Positions 63,015 to 64,000 of a stretch of DNA of 64,000 nt are shown one piece after another. Location of the stretch: NCBI GenBank assembly GCA_964558595.1, contig CAZLER010000002.1, positions 31,414 through 95,413 on the forward strand, given 5' to 3'. The notes beneath the pieces were generated by a model. It worked only from the letters and a program-made list of their open reading frames with translations. It made no database searches and was not told the DNA's origin. The stretch is from an uncultured Thermotogae bacterium (GTDB lineage: Bacteria > Bipolaricaulota > Bipolaricaulia > UBA7950 > UBA9294). Positions within the stretch are counted from its first letter, which is position 1, and each line of letters starts with the position of its first letter. The position numbers and the translations under genes were made by a program.

Positions 63015-64000
63015 TCAGGACGCCCCCTTGGCCGACTGCTCCAGGTAGGCTTCGATGAACCCGGTGAGGTCGCCATCGAGGACGGCGTCGACGTTCCCGG
63101 TCTCGTGGTCGGTACGATGGTCCTTGACCATCTGATACGGATGGAGAACGTACGAGCGGATCTGGCTTCCCCACTCGATCTCCTTCAGTTCGCCCTGCAG
63201 CTCCTCCAGCCGCTCCGCCTGCTGCTGCCGGAGCAGCTCGTTGAGACGGGCCCGAAGGACGCGCATGGCGTTCTCCTTGTTCTGATGCTGGCTTCGCTCA
63301 TTCTGACACGACACGACGACCCCGGTGGGAAGGTGGGTGATCCGTACCGCGGAGTCGGTGACGTTGACGTGCTGTCCGCCCGCACCCGAGGACCGATACG
63401 TGTCGATCCGCAGCTCCTTCGGATCGATCTCCAACACCGCTTCCTCCACCTCGGGGACCACCGATACCGCGGCGAACGATGTATGCCGGCGGTGCGCGGA
63501 ATCGAACGGGGAGAGGCGCACGAGACGGTGGACCCCCTTTTCCCCCCGCAGATTGCCGTACGCGTAGCGGCCGTTCACCTCGATCGTCGCCGATCGGATC
63601 CCGGCCGCCTCGGCGGGACTGATCTCCAGCAAGTCGGCGTCGAATCCGTTGCGCTCGCAGAACCGTCCGTACATCCTCAGCAGCATCTCGGCCCAATCCT
63701 GGGAGTCGGTACCGCCGGCCCCGGCATTGATCGACAGGTAGCAGTTGCCGGGATCGTGTTCCCCGGAGAACGCCGTCTCGATCCGCAACCGTTGGAGCCG
63801 TCGATCGAGATCGGCTAGACGGACGTCGAGCGCGTCGAGTTCCGCCTCGTCCCCGGCCTCCGTCGCCATCGAATGCAACAGCTCGATCTCCTCGAGCTCG
63901 ACCCGCGCGTCCTCGTAGTTCTTCAGTCGCGCGCGGACGTGCTCCACTCGCTGGGCGACGTCCTTTGCCCGTTCCCTGTCGTCCCAGAACCCCGGGCTCG
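63015..64000 (-). CDS. prfB: Peptide chain release factor 2, 5'-partial (runs off window end)
   Basis: PGFWDD, GAGGTDSQDW, GVHRLVRLSPF (SPF anticodon mimic), GAGGQHVN, WGSQIRSY. Confidence 0.97.
   Translation of the reverse strand, partial: SPGFWDDRERAKDVAQRVEHVRARLKNYEDARVELEEIELLHSMATEAGDEAELDALDVRLADLDRRLQRLRIETAFSGEHDPGNCYLSINAGAGGTDSQDWAEMLLRMYGRFCERNGFDADLLEISPAEAAGIRSATIEVNGRYAYGNLRGEKGVHRLVRLSPFDSAHRRHTSFAAVSVVPEVEEAVLEIDPKELRIDTYRSSGAGGQHVNVTDSAVRITHLPTGVVVSCQNERSQHQNKENAMRVLRARLNELLRQQQAERLEELQGELKEIEWGSQIRSYVLHPYQMVKDHRTDHETGNVDAVLDGDLTGFIEAYLEQSAKGAS

Noticed and set aside
63015-64000. prfB programmed +1 frameshift site
   Set aside because: The CTT-TGA site would be near the 5' end, outside the window; the ORF-track start at 63947 is not the real start

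Overview
GC-rich bacterial chromosomal segment, densely packed with housekeeping genes. I found no CRISPR array, rRNA, integrase or transposase. In order: riboflavin operon tail (ribE-ribBA-ribH) with hisS and an adenosine-kinase-family gene; ABC-2 exporter behind a long structured leader; two TatT/TPR-like secreted paralogues; ferredoxin; patatin-EamA-ahcY-S41 protease-gpsA-GGR; an O-antigen-ligase-like gene split at a G9 run; secA; CIRCE-controlled hrcA-grpE-dnaK-dnaJ; secG-oppD-oppF-rdgB; pyrG-lptC-lptB; divergent lgt/lnt; an ECF sigma / CBM48 anti-sigma / PKD-protein cluster; hypothetical-mraY; tRNA-Leu(CAG); Crp regulator, PAS kinase and response regulator; BMP nucleoside ABC transporter; PhnCDE-like transporter with RDD-fused permeases; pdp; acyl-CoA synthetase-beta-barrel-cdd; yigZ-ruvA-ruvX; an RHH gene; and partial prfB. 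The gene mix (Firmicutes-type hrcA operon with lpt/lnt genes and PKD/DUF4384 surface proteins) tentatively suggests Candidatus Bipolaricaulota; this is inference only. Best candidates for undescribed biology: (1) the ECF/CBM48 glycan-sensing surface module with a shared motif in both divergent promoters; (2) the poly-G-split O-ligase carrying an inserted carbohydrate-binding-like domain; (3) an Lnt with Met in place of the catalytic Lys; (4) twin RDD-PhnE fusions; (5) a uORF-containing leader upstream of the ABC exporter. All family calls come from motif recognition by eye; no database searches were run.
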